A DNA stretch of 64,000 nucleotides from the NCBI RefSeq assembly GCF_018977255.1, contig NW_024704755.1, forward strand, positions 6,882,001-6,946,000, given 5' to 3'. Shown here in pieces: positions 37,313 through 49,800 of this stretch. The position numbers and the translations under genes were made by a program. The DNA is from Callorhinchus milii. Lineage: Eukaryota. Each line of letters opens with the position of its first letter. Position 1 is the stretch's first letter. Below the pieces are notes generated by a model. It did no database searches and had not been told where the DNA came from. It worked only from the letters and a program-made list of their open reading frames with translations.

Positions 37313-39089
37313 ATCCCCCCAAATATAATGGGGATAGAGTTTGTATTGTACATGAAGGTTCTGCTGGTTTGATCGTATCATTATTACCCAATAGCTCAAA
37401 GCACCATTTCATTCTATTGATATTTTTAAAATGTAATAAAATCGGATTAATTAGAATGTTAGTGTTGTGTATCATTTTAATAATTGTGTAATTGTGTCCA
37501 TCGCCTGATTTCAGGAGTTGTGTTGGCAGGGGTGTGGGAACAGATCACTTGGGAATGGCTCAGAGTGTTGAGCAGGACAGATGAAAATAAAGGAAAGAAA
37601 AAAATTGAACTGATTTCGTCCATGAATTATTAACAGAGCCCAGAGCTTAATAAATCCCTCTGCTGGTTCGGTAAGACGGGTGCTGCATTTTTTGTACACA
37701 GTATCCAACAAACATCTTTGTAAAGGAATGCTTTGCTCTTTGCACAAGAGAAGAAATTCTCTTCAACACAGACAATATCGGTAACAACTAATAGTATAAA
37801 GCACTACCTTGACTGCCATGAGCATTTGTTACTAAGCAACTGTTTGGTATTTTCTTTTACTTTTTTTTCAATTAAGTATTATGGAGGAGGAGCCTTCACT
37901 CCTGTAGCTGTCAGAGATTGAACAGAAAGCTCAGACAGTCAGAGACAGATAGCAGCAGGAGAGCTTTGCCTTCAAGAACCGTGTGATGTTCAGTGGATAA
38001 GTTATTTTCTTTCTGTCAATTTAAAACTTGGGCTTCGGGGGGTGGGATTTTAGGACAGACAGAGTGAAGGTCATTCTGTGCCTGGCGCTACTGTCAATTT
38101 TGATTTTGTTTTGCAAGGGGGTAATAAATGTTGGTGTCTTGCAGTTAACACTTATGAATGTGTTCAATTTGGCATTTATTATTCAAAAAAAATGCTTTCA
38201 CATAATTATTATTATTACAAGTATTATTATTCACCTCAAATCCTGTTTATTTTTTATTCTCACAAATTAAACTAGAGGGTAACTTAGTGTGTAAATTCAC
38301 TGCAACCATATCTAAATGTACCCTCTCTGCATTAACAGTCATACCCTACTGGTGTGACTGATATAGGGAGAAATTCCACTTAAGTCTAGATTTACTCAAT
38401 CATATTGGAGTTCAGAATTTGATAAATTCTGAAATACACCCTTAATTTTGAAGCTGTAAGATCTTATAAGAACTATAGAAAACTGACTTGAACCTGAATT
38501 CAACAAGTATGAAAGCTGCTGCTCTAAAATGCTACAGAAATAAAATAAATCTAGACCCAGGTGGAATTTCTATCCAATAGTTGGGAACCAATATTTTAGA
38601 CTTGGTAACTGGTGGATGAATGCAACCTGCTCATTCCCAAAACAGATTCATCTAAACATTAATATAATTCACCACATCTATCAAAACACAAGAGTGGAAG
38701 TTTCCCCCAGACTTCCTGAAATAACTTCAGAATCTTTGCCTTATGCTTATACAAGATCAACAGTGTATATTTTGAAAACTCCATTCATGTTTGCCTTTTA
38801 ACAGCTCAGAAATTGTGAAGAATATATTCACAGCTTTACAGTCTGACTACAACAGTTTTACAGTCTGACTACAACACTATGAGATGAATTTCTGTGTTCC
38901 CATTGATTTTTTTTAAAAAAAAGGAGTGCAAGCAGTTATGTGATACTATTTTTTGCTTATTTTGTCTTGTAAATAAAATTTGGCCAAACTGATTTCCAAT
39001 TTTTTTATTGCTAACTTTTAAGATGGTTATGGCTTTATTGCAACATTTAAAAAGGGAAATAAATTTCACCTGTGGACTGTTATTAAAAA

Positions 39090-39399
39090 AAGGGTCACAA
39101 CCTTAAAATCAGAGGCCAGCCCTTTCGCACTGAGTTGAAGAACTTCTTCACTCAAAGGGTGGTGAATGTATGGAACTCGCTACCCCAAAGGGCTGTTGAC
39201 GCTCAGTCCTTGAACATATTCAAGACTGAGATAGATGGATTTCTTATTGCAAAAGGGATTAAGGGATATGGGGATAAGGCAGGGTTATGGTATTAGCTGG
39301 AGTTAGATTAGAAGATCAGCCATGATTGAATGGCGGGGCAGGCTCGAAGGGCCGAATGGCCTACTCCTGCTCCTACATGTTATGTTATGATCTGTTATG
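39090..39399 (+). mobile_element. CR1 LINE 3' end, second subfamily
   Basis: GGGTCACAACCTTAAAAT...TTCTTCACTCAAAGGGTGGTGAATGTATGGAACTCGCTACC (GH.LK..FFTQRVVNVWNSLP) ...GGCCGAATGGCCTACTCCTGCTCC, (ATGTT)n tail. Confidence 0.85.
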
Positions 39400-40309
39400 T
39401 TTCGCACAGCATGGATCCATAAAGCCTGATGATCCAAGGGTCAAGTGTGTGGGTTGTGAGAATGCGTATGGAATGAAACCAAAATCAGTGCCGAGCATTA
39501 CAAACGTTTGCTGGTTTTACACTAGGAACAAACAGTCCAACACAAAAACAACAACTTGCATTTACATAGCACCCTTCACACTGGTCAGTGTCTCGGAATG
39601 CTTATGGTTGCTGAAGAAACTGCGCCCTACTTTGGTATTTACACAATTGGATTTCCTGTTTCTCTTTGCATGCAGAACAATATTTAAATAATGAGATACA
39701 TTGTCACCGTCCCATCTGCTCAGATTACTACCTTGCTCTCAGTGGAGCATTGAACCACTGAGATATGCTTGACTCACAGGCAGGATTCAGAAAATCTATT
39801 GGATATTTAATAATTACATTTTCTGGGAGGCATCAAGGTTGGAAAACGTTTTTGGAGTAAGATGACTTTGCGCAACTAACTTTTAAATTTAGCAGTGTCT
39901 GCATTTGGCCGATAAACAAATCCAGGAGGCTTGGCCACATGTTTATCATGCAAGATATTGTCATGTACTGTCTGAAGGCACTCAAGATTTATACCATAAG
40001 CCATAAGCGCTTGTGGTAAAATAATATTCTTAGCTTTTACACATAGTATGTTTAGTGAGACTTAGAGGATCGCATCAATGATTGAAAAAAGTTGTTTAAC
40101 CTCCTGATTGTGTTGGTGTAGTTGTTAAACGTTAAAGAGCTAGCAGAAAAACAGTTTTAGAATCAAGGACGTATTTAAGAATTTGCCAGGATCGGACACT
40201 CCTAAAATGCCATATAGACAGAATAAATCTATGCCCTGGTGGAATTTCTCTCCGCTGTGTATTTTTATTATGTGACACAATTTTTAGTGAATAAAAGTTC
40301 ATCCGTGAT

Positions 40310-40437
40310 TGAGAAGTTTGCAGGGCTTTGGATTAAGAGTGGGGGAGTGGAACTAGTTGTTAGCTCTTTGAAAGAGCTGGCACAGGCACGATGGGTCGAA
40401 TAGCCTCCTTCTTTGTTGTAAAACTCTTATGATTCTG
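40310..40437 (+). mobile_element. CR1 3' UTR fragment
   Basis: GAGCTGGCACAGGCACGATGGGTCGAATAGCCTCCTTCT...ATGATTCT, same as 6030-6093. Confidence 0.75.
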
Positions 40438-41969
40438 TGTTTTTGTCCAAACCACTGGTGACCTATCTTTATAGTTGGCCAACAAAATAAATGTTCCTGG
40501 TTGAATACTCCTTGATTGATGCCATACATATCAAGTATATGCACTTCAAGAAAAAATTTAAACACGCTTACCAAGATGGGAGGCTGCTTCTTGACGGCTC
40601 TGCGGTCCATTTTCGAAAATACAATTAGTTTAGGATTAACAGAATAACCTGATGTGTTGGATTTTAGAATTTGCTTCAATGTAACTGGACTCCAGACTTA
40701 GTGTGTACACACTTGCTGCAATGAATGGAGTTGCTGTCAAACTTCACTTTGGAAAGAATGGCCTTTTCACTGTGGAATAATCAGTTACGCTCCGAGAATT
40801 TATGAAAACCATTTTAGAACTTAGAGTTCCATGTTAGAGTTTCATTATCTTCCAAAAAAAGTACCTGATATGTTTTATTTATTCAAGAAACCCCACATAA
40901 CTTTTAATCCCTAGTAACAACTTCTGATGCTGCCTGAGTATTTAATCCATAAAGAAAGGATTCCAAATGTAATTCTGTATTAGCACCATGTGGTTGGAAG
41001 ACTTAAGGAAGCTTAGATGTATGAGGTTGCTTTAAGAATGTTAATTTTTTGCCTGTACATTTAAGCATGCCAGCCTTTGGCTGATTTGAACTATTTTATG
41101 TATCCAGAGCTCACATAGGGATTGTACAAGGGCAGTGTGGCTGATATGCTGTAAGTGTATAAAGAAATCATCAAAATCAAATTTGTGTTTCTTTTTATGG
41201 TTCATATATCAAATGCAAGAATTATTATTATTACTTGCGGGGGAACTCATCACAACTGATCTGTTTGATCAGAAACTTGCTGAGTGAAGCACTGAGTTGA
41301 ACATATGTGTCCTGTTGGGGTCTGGAGAACTATAGGCAGATTCCAACCCTAGAATCCCCATCACACGTTGAAGAATGTCTTGTGGGCTGTCATGTTCACA
41401 GTTCGAAAGTATTTAAAATAATATAGTGAGAAAAAAAAATCGCATGCAAGGGACCTGTTCAGAATATGAACAGCAAAACCTCGCAGATACGCTTCAAAAT
41501 ATTTGATGATGAGCTTTCCTTAGAAATTGTGAATTAATGAATACACAGCTTAAATATTTAAATCGGAAATTAATTAAAAATGACGAATGACAGTATTCTT
41601 AGTGGCTTTTATATTCAGCCAAGCAAAATGCATAATATATTTGAAATTTGGTTGATGCATCCTCTAAAGTTGAAATTCTAAACTACTGTAGCTATTTTTT
41701 AAAAGGTGGAAATCTACAATCCCGAGACAAGTGTGCTAAGTAGCCACAGTATCAGACAAGGGAACTATGCTGGCAGTTGATCTTGCAAGGCACAGATAGT
41801 TTTCATTTGAAAGGACAACAATCTGAATTCTGGAGCAAAATATAGAAGACCTTTTTTCCCCCCAACTCTATATTTTGCTCTAATCTTTCATGGATTTTCA
41901 TCTTTACATTTACATTCCTTAAAGCTATAAACCTAACTCTTAATCGAGTCAGAAAATAGTGATCTTCTG

Positions 41970-42240
41970 TGAGACGTGATGTGTTGGAGAGGATTCAAAG
42001 AAGAGCAAAGTAGATTATTTCAAGACATCAGGGACTGTGTTATGAGAAGAGACTCACAAAATTTGATTTATTTTTTATTAGAGAAAGAATGAAGGGGAGA
42101 ATTAGCTTTAAAAATGCTGATATACGGACTGTTTACTTAAACCAAATCTCAATTGAGACAAGAAAGGATTTCTCCCCACTGAGTAGTGGACGTGTGGAAC
42201 AGGCTGCTAACAAAACCAATTGATATTGTGTTGAGGATAG
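41970..42240 (+). mobile_element. Degraded CR1 ORF2 fragment
   Basis: TTGGAGAGGATTCAAAGAAGAGCA (LERIQRRA)...TATGAGAAGAGACT (YEKRL)...GTAGTGGACGTGTGGAACAGGCTG. Confidence 0.6.
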
Positions 42241-42496
42241 CTATTTGCTTTGGAACAAAATTGAAGGCCATAACAACAGCTGCAGACCGAGATGTATGGA
42301 AAGTAGCGAAAAGCTTGTAAATGTTTGTAATGGTAAGTTTCATTTTTTTAGCTGTTAGTTTTAGCTAGTTAAACTCATACACTTACCCCATTGCACATTC
42401 CGGGGTCTCCAAGCCTTGGCTTTTGCCAAACATTACCTAAGTGACATGAGGAATTATGTAAACAGTAATAATGATAACAATGATTATCACCATCAT

Positions 42497-42871
42497 CAAC
42501 ACGTCTCAAAGCGCTTCACCGGATATAATGTAAAGTGGTTTTGACTGTGTATTTTGTGGGCGAAACACAGCAGCCAATTTGCGCACAGCAATGTTCCACA
42601 AACAGGCATGAAGTCAATGACCAATTTTATTTGGGGGATTGGTTGCCCAGGACACCAGGAGAAACTCCTTTCTTGTTTCAAATAGTGGTGTGGGATCTTT
42701 AACTTCCACCTAACGTCTCATCCAAAAGATGGCACCTCTGACAATGCAACACATCCACAGCACTGCATTGGAGTGTCACCTTAGGCTATGTGATAGCAAG
42801 TCCCGATGTGGGGCTTGAGCCCACAACCTTCTGATTCAAGAGGCGAGAGTGAGTCACTATGCCAGGCTGAC
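42497..42871 (-). mobile_element. Older, longer DeuSINE (SacSINE1-like) copy
   Basis: Same Deu core plus CCAGGACACCAGGAGAAACTCC...GGGATCTTTAAC...CATCCAAAAGATGGCACCTCTGACAATGCA and a different tRNA head (GGGCTTGAGCCCACAACCTTCTGATTCAAGAGGCGAG). Confidence 0.7.
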
Positions 42872-45800
42872 ACAGTGTGAGTCTGGGAGAGTGCACACTT
42901 CAACAACAACAGCTTGTTTTAATATAGTGCCCTTCAAGCAGGATAGCGTTTCGAAATGCTGATCTTCAACTAGACATCCAAATGGATGATATACATTTGT
43001 GGATCTCTCAGTAGTAGATTCTTATGCATGATAATAGATTTACATGTATCAGATGCCTTGATGAGAGGAAAAAATAAAGTCACGTTATCCTATCTTCTTA
43101 CTGATAACCAGTAGGAGTTATGTAAGCATTCAACGCTTCTGATTTTCCCTCTCCCTCCCCCCATTAGCTGAAGTAGTTCACTGGCAGACATGTCCCGTTG
43201 AGAAATGGATAGGATGTCAATACAGCAGCACCCTGAGGCACCAAGTCATCCAAAGTGGAATGCTGCTCACTGCGAGACATACTTTATGCTATCATCCCAG
43301 GATCCCAAGTGTGTCATGTACAAGTAAATGAATTCACAGCTTCTGCAATTTAAATATACTTTAATTAGGAATCATTTGCAGAACCTTTAATTTTTTTTTC
43401 AAAGAGTGATGCATTTGACCGCAATGCATTCCACTGGAAAGTTGCAAATTTTAGATGAAAGAAAATAAAGTTTAAGTGTTGGTGTTGATCCAGCAGGTGG
43501 CCATTCCTCATGTCTTTCTGTTCGTCCCTGGTGATATTCTGGTGGGCAGATGGACAATGGAAACAAAGGGCATAAAGGCTATGAACTCTGTCCCTGCCTT
43601 TCAGCCAAAGGCAAGTTTGTGACAAGGGAATACAAAAGTGCACTAAATTCAGTTTGGAACTGCATAGTACCTCGCTCCCATTTATTGCCATGATTACTTG
43701 TACCAAATAAAGTGTGAGGGATGGACACAAATAGGGGTGGGAAGGGAGTAATGAACATCACAGCAGCAATCTCACCTCAGACCTCTATAACCAGCGTGAT
43801 CCGAATCAGTCAGTCATAGTGTGAGAACAAATTTAAAAGAGAACTAGAAATGTATTGTGTATCATGCGATATGCGAGTTTGACGAGCAGAGTAGCTTAGC
43901 AAATTAAAGTGAACTTTGCAAAGAACTATTAGTTTTAAAAATTTAATTCTGCCATGAGGGCAAAACTGTTGAAAGGAACTAGGTTTGCTGACACAAACCC
44001 ACAAATAATACAAGTAAACTGTATATATATTTCATTTTCTAATATAAAAAACTTTGACTCCAAACTTTGCAGCAAACTCGCTACCATTGAATCATATTAC
44101 AGCATTTCATTCCACTGAGAGTACCAATGTAAATCTTCTGTTTTTTTGTATTCTAACTTTAAGAAGCTGGAATTGACTATAGCACCAATTATGTGAAAAT
44201 ATACCTCAAGATATGGCATTTTAACTGTGTTTTTTTTATTTAAAATAAAGCCCCTCAGCTCAACTTGGTAGAGAATATATGTTATATACTTTCAAACTTT
44301 TCTGTAGACAAACAGCATGCCTAGGCCACTTGAATCAACTTCAACATAAAGTGATCTATATTGTAAAGGATAAAATGTGTTTGGCAGATACAGAGAAAGT
44401 AATTGGATTTCAGGGTTCTGAGATCTGCCGATAAAATTTATCATGTCATGACAACAATCTGATTCTATTATTGCCTCGTATCTCAGCTATTTATTATCCT
44501 AGATGTCCTTTTTGTTTCTTTTATCCCTTCTATCTTGCATTACTTTTTTTGTGCTCATCAAGATGAAGAATATTAGCGCTGGGAATTGAAAACTTTCACA
44601 ATAAGTAAGTGCACAGCTTACCAGTTCAAAACACTAATAAGTTCCACAATTCTACAAGACACAGTGTGGTGGGGGCACCAGATACCATCCTATAGCTGAC
44701 ACATATATGTATATATTAGTGAACCTACAGTCATAGATACATACACAGCATATATACACTAATTGTTGAATAATGTGCGTATATACTTATTATTGATTGA
44801 TATGGCTGGAACTGATATATCAATATATATATAACACAGTTCTAGACATATTAATCAATCATTACTACAAAATCGTTGCTAAGAGTATTCCATTTTCTTT
44901 CTTCTGATCTGTCCTGTTGCTTAGTACAGATGGCAGCATCAAAGATTATTGATTGATGTGCTGTGAAAAGCTGTATTTTCATTAGAAATATAAGGAAATG
45001 ATATTCTTGATAGATTTTGTCTCAAACGATTCACTTTGTCTTATTTCACCAAGACACCATCCTTTGCGAAGGGCGCTATATAAAGGCAAGTTATTGTTTT
45101 ATCCAGAGCCCAGGTTCACTATTGACTGGACTTACAATATGACACACCTGTGGCACATTGAGATAAGTAATCAATATTTTTTAGTTTACAGTGATTTGGG
45201 TATCTAATATTAAGTAGGTGATTTTGAAAAGGTTTCACAGTGATTGATTGTTTGATCAGTCGTAAACACTTTGTGATGTGAAATTGAAAAGGGAACAAGA
45301 CGTTAATTTGGACAATTCATCTTTGACTTCTGTAAAAAGCAGCTCCTGATACACGTGCATCAACTTCAAACTGAGACTCAATATCTACCTATTGACAAGG
45401 ATCTATCAAAATGTTTCCTGATACAACAAGTAGATCGTATTTATGAAAATATAACTTCTTCCTTAAAAAAAGAAACATTACCAGCTCAAATATTCATTTG
45501 CACGTAATTACACTTTTAAATTAATTCAAAGATTAGGCTGATTATAAAGTAATGCTTAACTCTCTGACATAATGAAAAGTTGAGAGTAGAGGGATTTATT
45601 TCATTCCCAGGGAGAGAATAATGAAAATACAGAGATTAGCTACTCACTCTCTCACCAAAGGCCTGTAAGAGGGAAATTAAATAAAAAAGAAAGAAACTTG
45701 GGCAGCAGATTCTTACTGATGCAAATTAGTTGGTCAAGCACATCACTAATTATTGCAAGTTCCTATTGATTCAACAGAGGACTTCATGAATTAAAGAAAC

Positions 45801-46506
45801 ACAATGCAAACTGTAAGACAGTGAAACTAAAAATGAAATGGAAAGCAGATGGAAGAGAAAAGAAAGAAAATCCAATATACTATTTGATAAAGCTTTTATT
45901 GTATCTTCTTCAAATATATCCAAGCAAGGGCAATTAGATATTGGATGATTTTGCTGATTAGGTTTGATAGGTGATGAATCTTTTAACTCATATAACCCGC
46001 TGTAATATAAGGAAAAAAAAATCTAGTGTAATTTTTTTGGACATAGGTTTATTAAGAAACAAGAGAAACAGGAGAGGACAGAGAGGACTAAGAGAGATTG
46101 AAAGTAGAAATACGGAAAGAGGCACATAAATGAAGATGGAAGTAAAGACGGCAAGAGACAGAAGAATAATCGGATAAAGAGAGAAATAAAAGGGAGGGGG
46201 AGAAAAAGACATTTTAAAAGATGGAGAATCAGAGATGAGAATGTGTCCGATCATTCCTTTGCACAGCACAATGGTGCTCTTGTACACGACATCACTGCTG
46301 CATTAACTTGGCACTTATTTAATGGATGCAGCATTTGAAATATTGGTAAAATCCCAAATATCAGTTTTGAGATGCATCAGCCTTGTGAACGTGGTAAAAA
46401 ATAGATTGTACGACAGCACCCAACTATAATTGCCCTGCACAAATGAGTAAAACATGTGAAAGAGAACTCAGCAGGCACCAAAACATGAACAGCACTCCTA
46501 CAATTA

Positions 46507-46772
46507 CACGGCACTTTACAGTAAAATCCCTGTGATGCGCTTTGAGACATTTGGATAATGTGATGAAACCTTTTATCAAATATAATAATTCTTGATTTGA
46601 TATAGTGCTGTATCACGCTGTTCAGACGTTTCAAAGCACTTCACAGGATATATTGTAAAGTGGATTGACTGTATATTTTGTGGGCAAAATGCAGCAGCCA
46701 ATTTCACATCGCAGTGTCCCACAAACAGTCGTGGATTGAGTGACCAAATTAATACCAAATGCAAGGATTATT
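46507..46772. mobile_element. Cluster of SINE 3' fragments in both orientations
   Basis: + tail (46507-46590) abuts a - copy (about 46583-46750), then another AAATGCAAGGATTATT tail. Confidence 0.7.
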
Positions 46773-47279
46773 ATACAGTATTATTCTTGGTAAAGTGTTT
46801 TCAGAGGCCACTATTCTGATTTTCTGATTTAATGGCTTTATATTTTTAATCGTAAGGACGATTTGCCTTAGTTTATTCTTTGAATTTAAAGGTAGGATAT
46901 TTTGAATAACATATTGTGCAGTTTATGTGTTATATAAAAACATTAAATGCGAGAAAAACATTTAGTATGATACAGATTGATCAGGGAGAGGTCAAACTAA
47001 CATTTGTATGGACCATACTTTGCATTTCGTTCGAGTTTGCTTCCTAACTATGAATCCATTCATTATATTGTGCTCCAGTAAATTATTAGAAGATGCAATA
47101 TTTGCACAGTAAAGTGTCCAGAATTCAGTCAGAGCATTGTTAATTAATGAAACATACTTTTAGGTTAAAATTAAGGTATCACACAATGCACGCTTTGACC
47201 ACAACACAATTCATGATGTGTTTTTGTATTACGCATTGCATTTGCTTTCCGGAGAGTAATAATTCCTCCAAAAACAATG

Positions 47280-47456
47280 TGGTTACTCAATCCGTGACTG
47301 TTTTGTGGGACACTGCCGTGCTCGATTGGCTGCTGCATTTGGCCCACGTAAATATACAGTCAATCCACTTTACAATATATTCCGTGGACCGCTTTGAGAC
47401 GTCTCGACGACTCAGCGATAAGGCACTATATCAAATGCAAGGATTATTATTATTAT
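47280..47456 (+). mobile_element. 5'-truncated SINE in tandem with the next copy
   Basis: Core TTTGTGGGACACTGCCGTG and tail TATCAAATGCAAGG(ATT)n. Confidence 0.8.
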
Positions 47457-47492
47457 TTTTCTTTTTGCAGAATTGTACTTTGCGATTATTGT

Positions 47493-47770
47493 GGAATCCC
47501 GTAGCTCAGCGGTTAGAGCACTCGCTTTGCAAGCGAGAGACCTGGGTTCAATTCCAGGCAGGGCGAAACCTTGGGCAAGTTTCCTTACTCAATAATAATT
47601 TGGTCACTTCAGTCCACGAGTGTTTGTGGGGACACCGCCGTGCGCAATTGGCTGCCGCGTTTCGCCCACAAATACACCGTCAATTCACTTTACAGTCTAT
47701 GCCGTGAAGCGCTTTGAGACGTCGCGAAGACGTGATGAGGCGCTGTATCAAAATGCAAGGATTATTATTA
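47493..47770 (+). mobile_element. SINE, same family
   Basis: Head GTAGCTCAGCGGTTAGAGCACTCGCTTTGCAAGCGAG, Deu core, tail AAATGCAAGG(ATT)n. Confidence 0.85.
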
Positions 47771-47929
47771 TCAGTAGTATTATTTATTATTATTAGCTCG
47801 TAACAGTGAAACCCGGGACCAGACACGCATTGGCATGTGGAGAGACTAATGCTATAATGATAGGTTTGGGGGTGGGGGGATAAGTAGCTGTTGAGGTTAG
47901 TGTCACATGGAGTTGTTTGGGTACCAGTC

Positions 47930-48314
47930 TGGGGGAGGGAAGAGGGGGGAGGGAGGAGGAAAGGAGGGGGAAAGGGAAGAGGGAAGAGGGGGGGGAGGGA
48001 AGAGGAGGGGGAGGGAAGAGGGGGGAGGGAAGAGGGGGAGTGGGGGGGAGGGAAGAGGGGGAGTGGGGGGGAGGGAAGAGGGGGAGTGGGGGGGAGGGAA
48101 GAGGGGGAGTGGGGGGAGGGAAGAGGGAGAGTGGGGGGGAGGGAAGAGGGGGAGTGGGGGGGAGGGAAGAGGGGGAGTGGGGGGAGGGAAGAGGGGAGTG
48201 GGGGGGAGGGAAGAGGGGGAGTGGGGGGAGGGAAGAGGGGGAGGGAAGGGGGGGGGGGGAGAGAAAAGTGGGGGGGGGGGGGGGGGAGAGTGGGGGGAGG
48301 GAAGAGGGGAGGGA
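47930..48314. repeat. Polypurine minisatellite, ~21 bp unit GGGGGGAGGGAAGAGGGGGAGT, upstream of the cadherin gene
   Basis: Seen directly; almost only G and A on the + strand. Confidence 0.92.
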
Positions 48315-48339
48315 TTCCCGAGCTGAGAGAGCAGAGCAA

Positions 48340-49800
48340 ACGTATGCGCTGAATGTGCCCAACGCTCAGCATCACTCACTCACTCACTCACTCACCATCA
48401 CTCGCTCTGAGAGCGCAGCGACGAGCGCGCGTTACAGCAATCGCTCAGCTTCGCAAACAAACCCGTCCCACAGCCCCCGACCCCGACCAACGAGTTCCCC
48501 CCCCACCCCCCACCCCCCCCACCCCCACTTCCCCCCCACCCTCAAAAAAAACAACAACAACAGCAACAACAGCCCCCAACGAAGGCAGAGGGGAAGGAGA
48601 CGCTCAGCGCTATGCACTTGCTGTGGCGGTGGGATCTCGCGTGTTGTATGGCTTTGCTGACCCCGGGGCTGGACAGCCTCGACCCCCTTTGCCCGGGGTC
48701 CAGCGGGTCCGCCCGCGCCCGCACCCGCACCCGCGCCCACGGCAGCGACCGGGACCGGGACCGGGGGGACCGGGACCGACCCGCGTGGTATTACGGGCAC
48801 CTGAGCGAGAACCTGCCCCGGGGGTCCAGGGTGCGGGGAGCCACCATCCCCCTGAGTCGGCTCGGGCTGCCGGGGAGGTGCGCGGGGACACCGGGCGGCG
48901 GCGGCGGCGGCGGCGGCGGGTGGCAACTCGCGTTGATGGGCGAAGGGCATCCCGACTTCCAGCTGTATTCCCACCACCGGCGCGGACACGTCTCCCTGAG
49001 GAGCACCAGAGCCCTGGACAGGGAGGAGACCCCGGGGTACCGGCTGCAGCTCGGGGTGCGGTGCGTCCGGGACTGCCCGGTACCGGCGGCGGCGGCGGCG
49101 GTGTGGGCGGTGGCCGCCGAGGTCCGAGTGGCCGTGTTGGACTCCGACGACCGCCGTCCGGCATTCGCGGCCGCGGGGGTCCGGCCGCTGGCGCTCAGGT
49201 CGGTGCTTTACCGGGCGGCGGCCGCTGACCCCGACCCCGACCGGAACGGGCGCCCGGTGTACCGACCCGAGCCGCGCGCCTCGCCCTCCTCTGTGGTGCC
49301 CAAGACCGGGGACGCGGTGCTGCCCGAGTCGCTGCTGGACCCGAGGAGGAGGAGGAGGAGGAGGAGGAGGAGGAAGAAGAGGAGGGTGAGGGAGAGGGAT
49401 AAGCTGAGGCTGGACGTGGTGGTCAGCGACCGCGGTTCCCCGGGGCTGACCAGCCGCCCGTTGAGGCTGGAGGTCCGGTTGCACTCCCCGGTGTTGCCCC
49501 CGACCCCGACCCCGACCCCCGACCCGGTGCTGAGGGCCCCTCGGGAGCCCCGGTCGCTGCTGCCCCGGGAGTCCCGGCGCATCACCGTGTCGGAGGACGC
49601 CGCCGTGGGCTCGGTCATCCTGACCCTGTCCCCCGGCCGGAGGTTCCCCGCCGCCCGGTACGAGCTGGTCTACCCCGAGCACTCGCCGCTCAGCCTGGAC
49701 CGGGAGAGCGGGCGGCTGAGCATCAGCGGCGGCCTGGACCGGGAGAGCCGACCCGACATCCGCCTGACCGTCAAGATCCACGAGAAACAAGGTACCGGAG
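48340..49800. promoter_or_regulatory. CpG island over cadherin 5' UTR and exon 1
   Basis: Very high GC and CpG density against AT-rich flanks. Confidence 0.8.
48612..49791 (+). CDS. Cadherin exon 1: signal peptide plus divergent N-terminal EC repeats
   Basis: 1180 nt GC-rich open frame; MHLLWRWDLACCMALLTPG...LDREETPGYRL...VLDSDDRRPAF...AAADPDPDRNG...VSEDAAVGSVI...LDRES; donor CAA G|gtacc. Confidence 0.85.

Noticed and set aside
38835-38876. 22 bp tandem duplication TTTACAGTCTGACTACAACA
   Set aside because: Ordinary two-copy slippage duplication in intergenic DNA.
28500-47200. Possible hidden gene among the 60-130 aa ORFs between PDCD5 and the cadherin
   Set aside because: No recognisable domains and no chain of in-phase exons found; several ORFs overlap SINE/CR1 remnants. 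A lncRNA cannot be excluded.
47680-48660. Pro-rich and Gly-rich ORFs on both strands
   Set aside because: Products of the polypurine minisatellite and CpG island.
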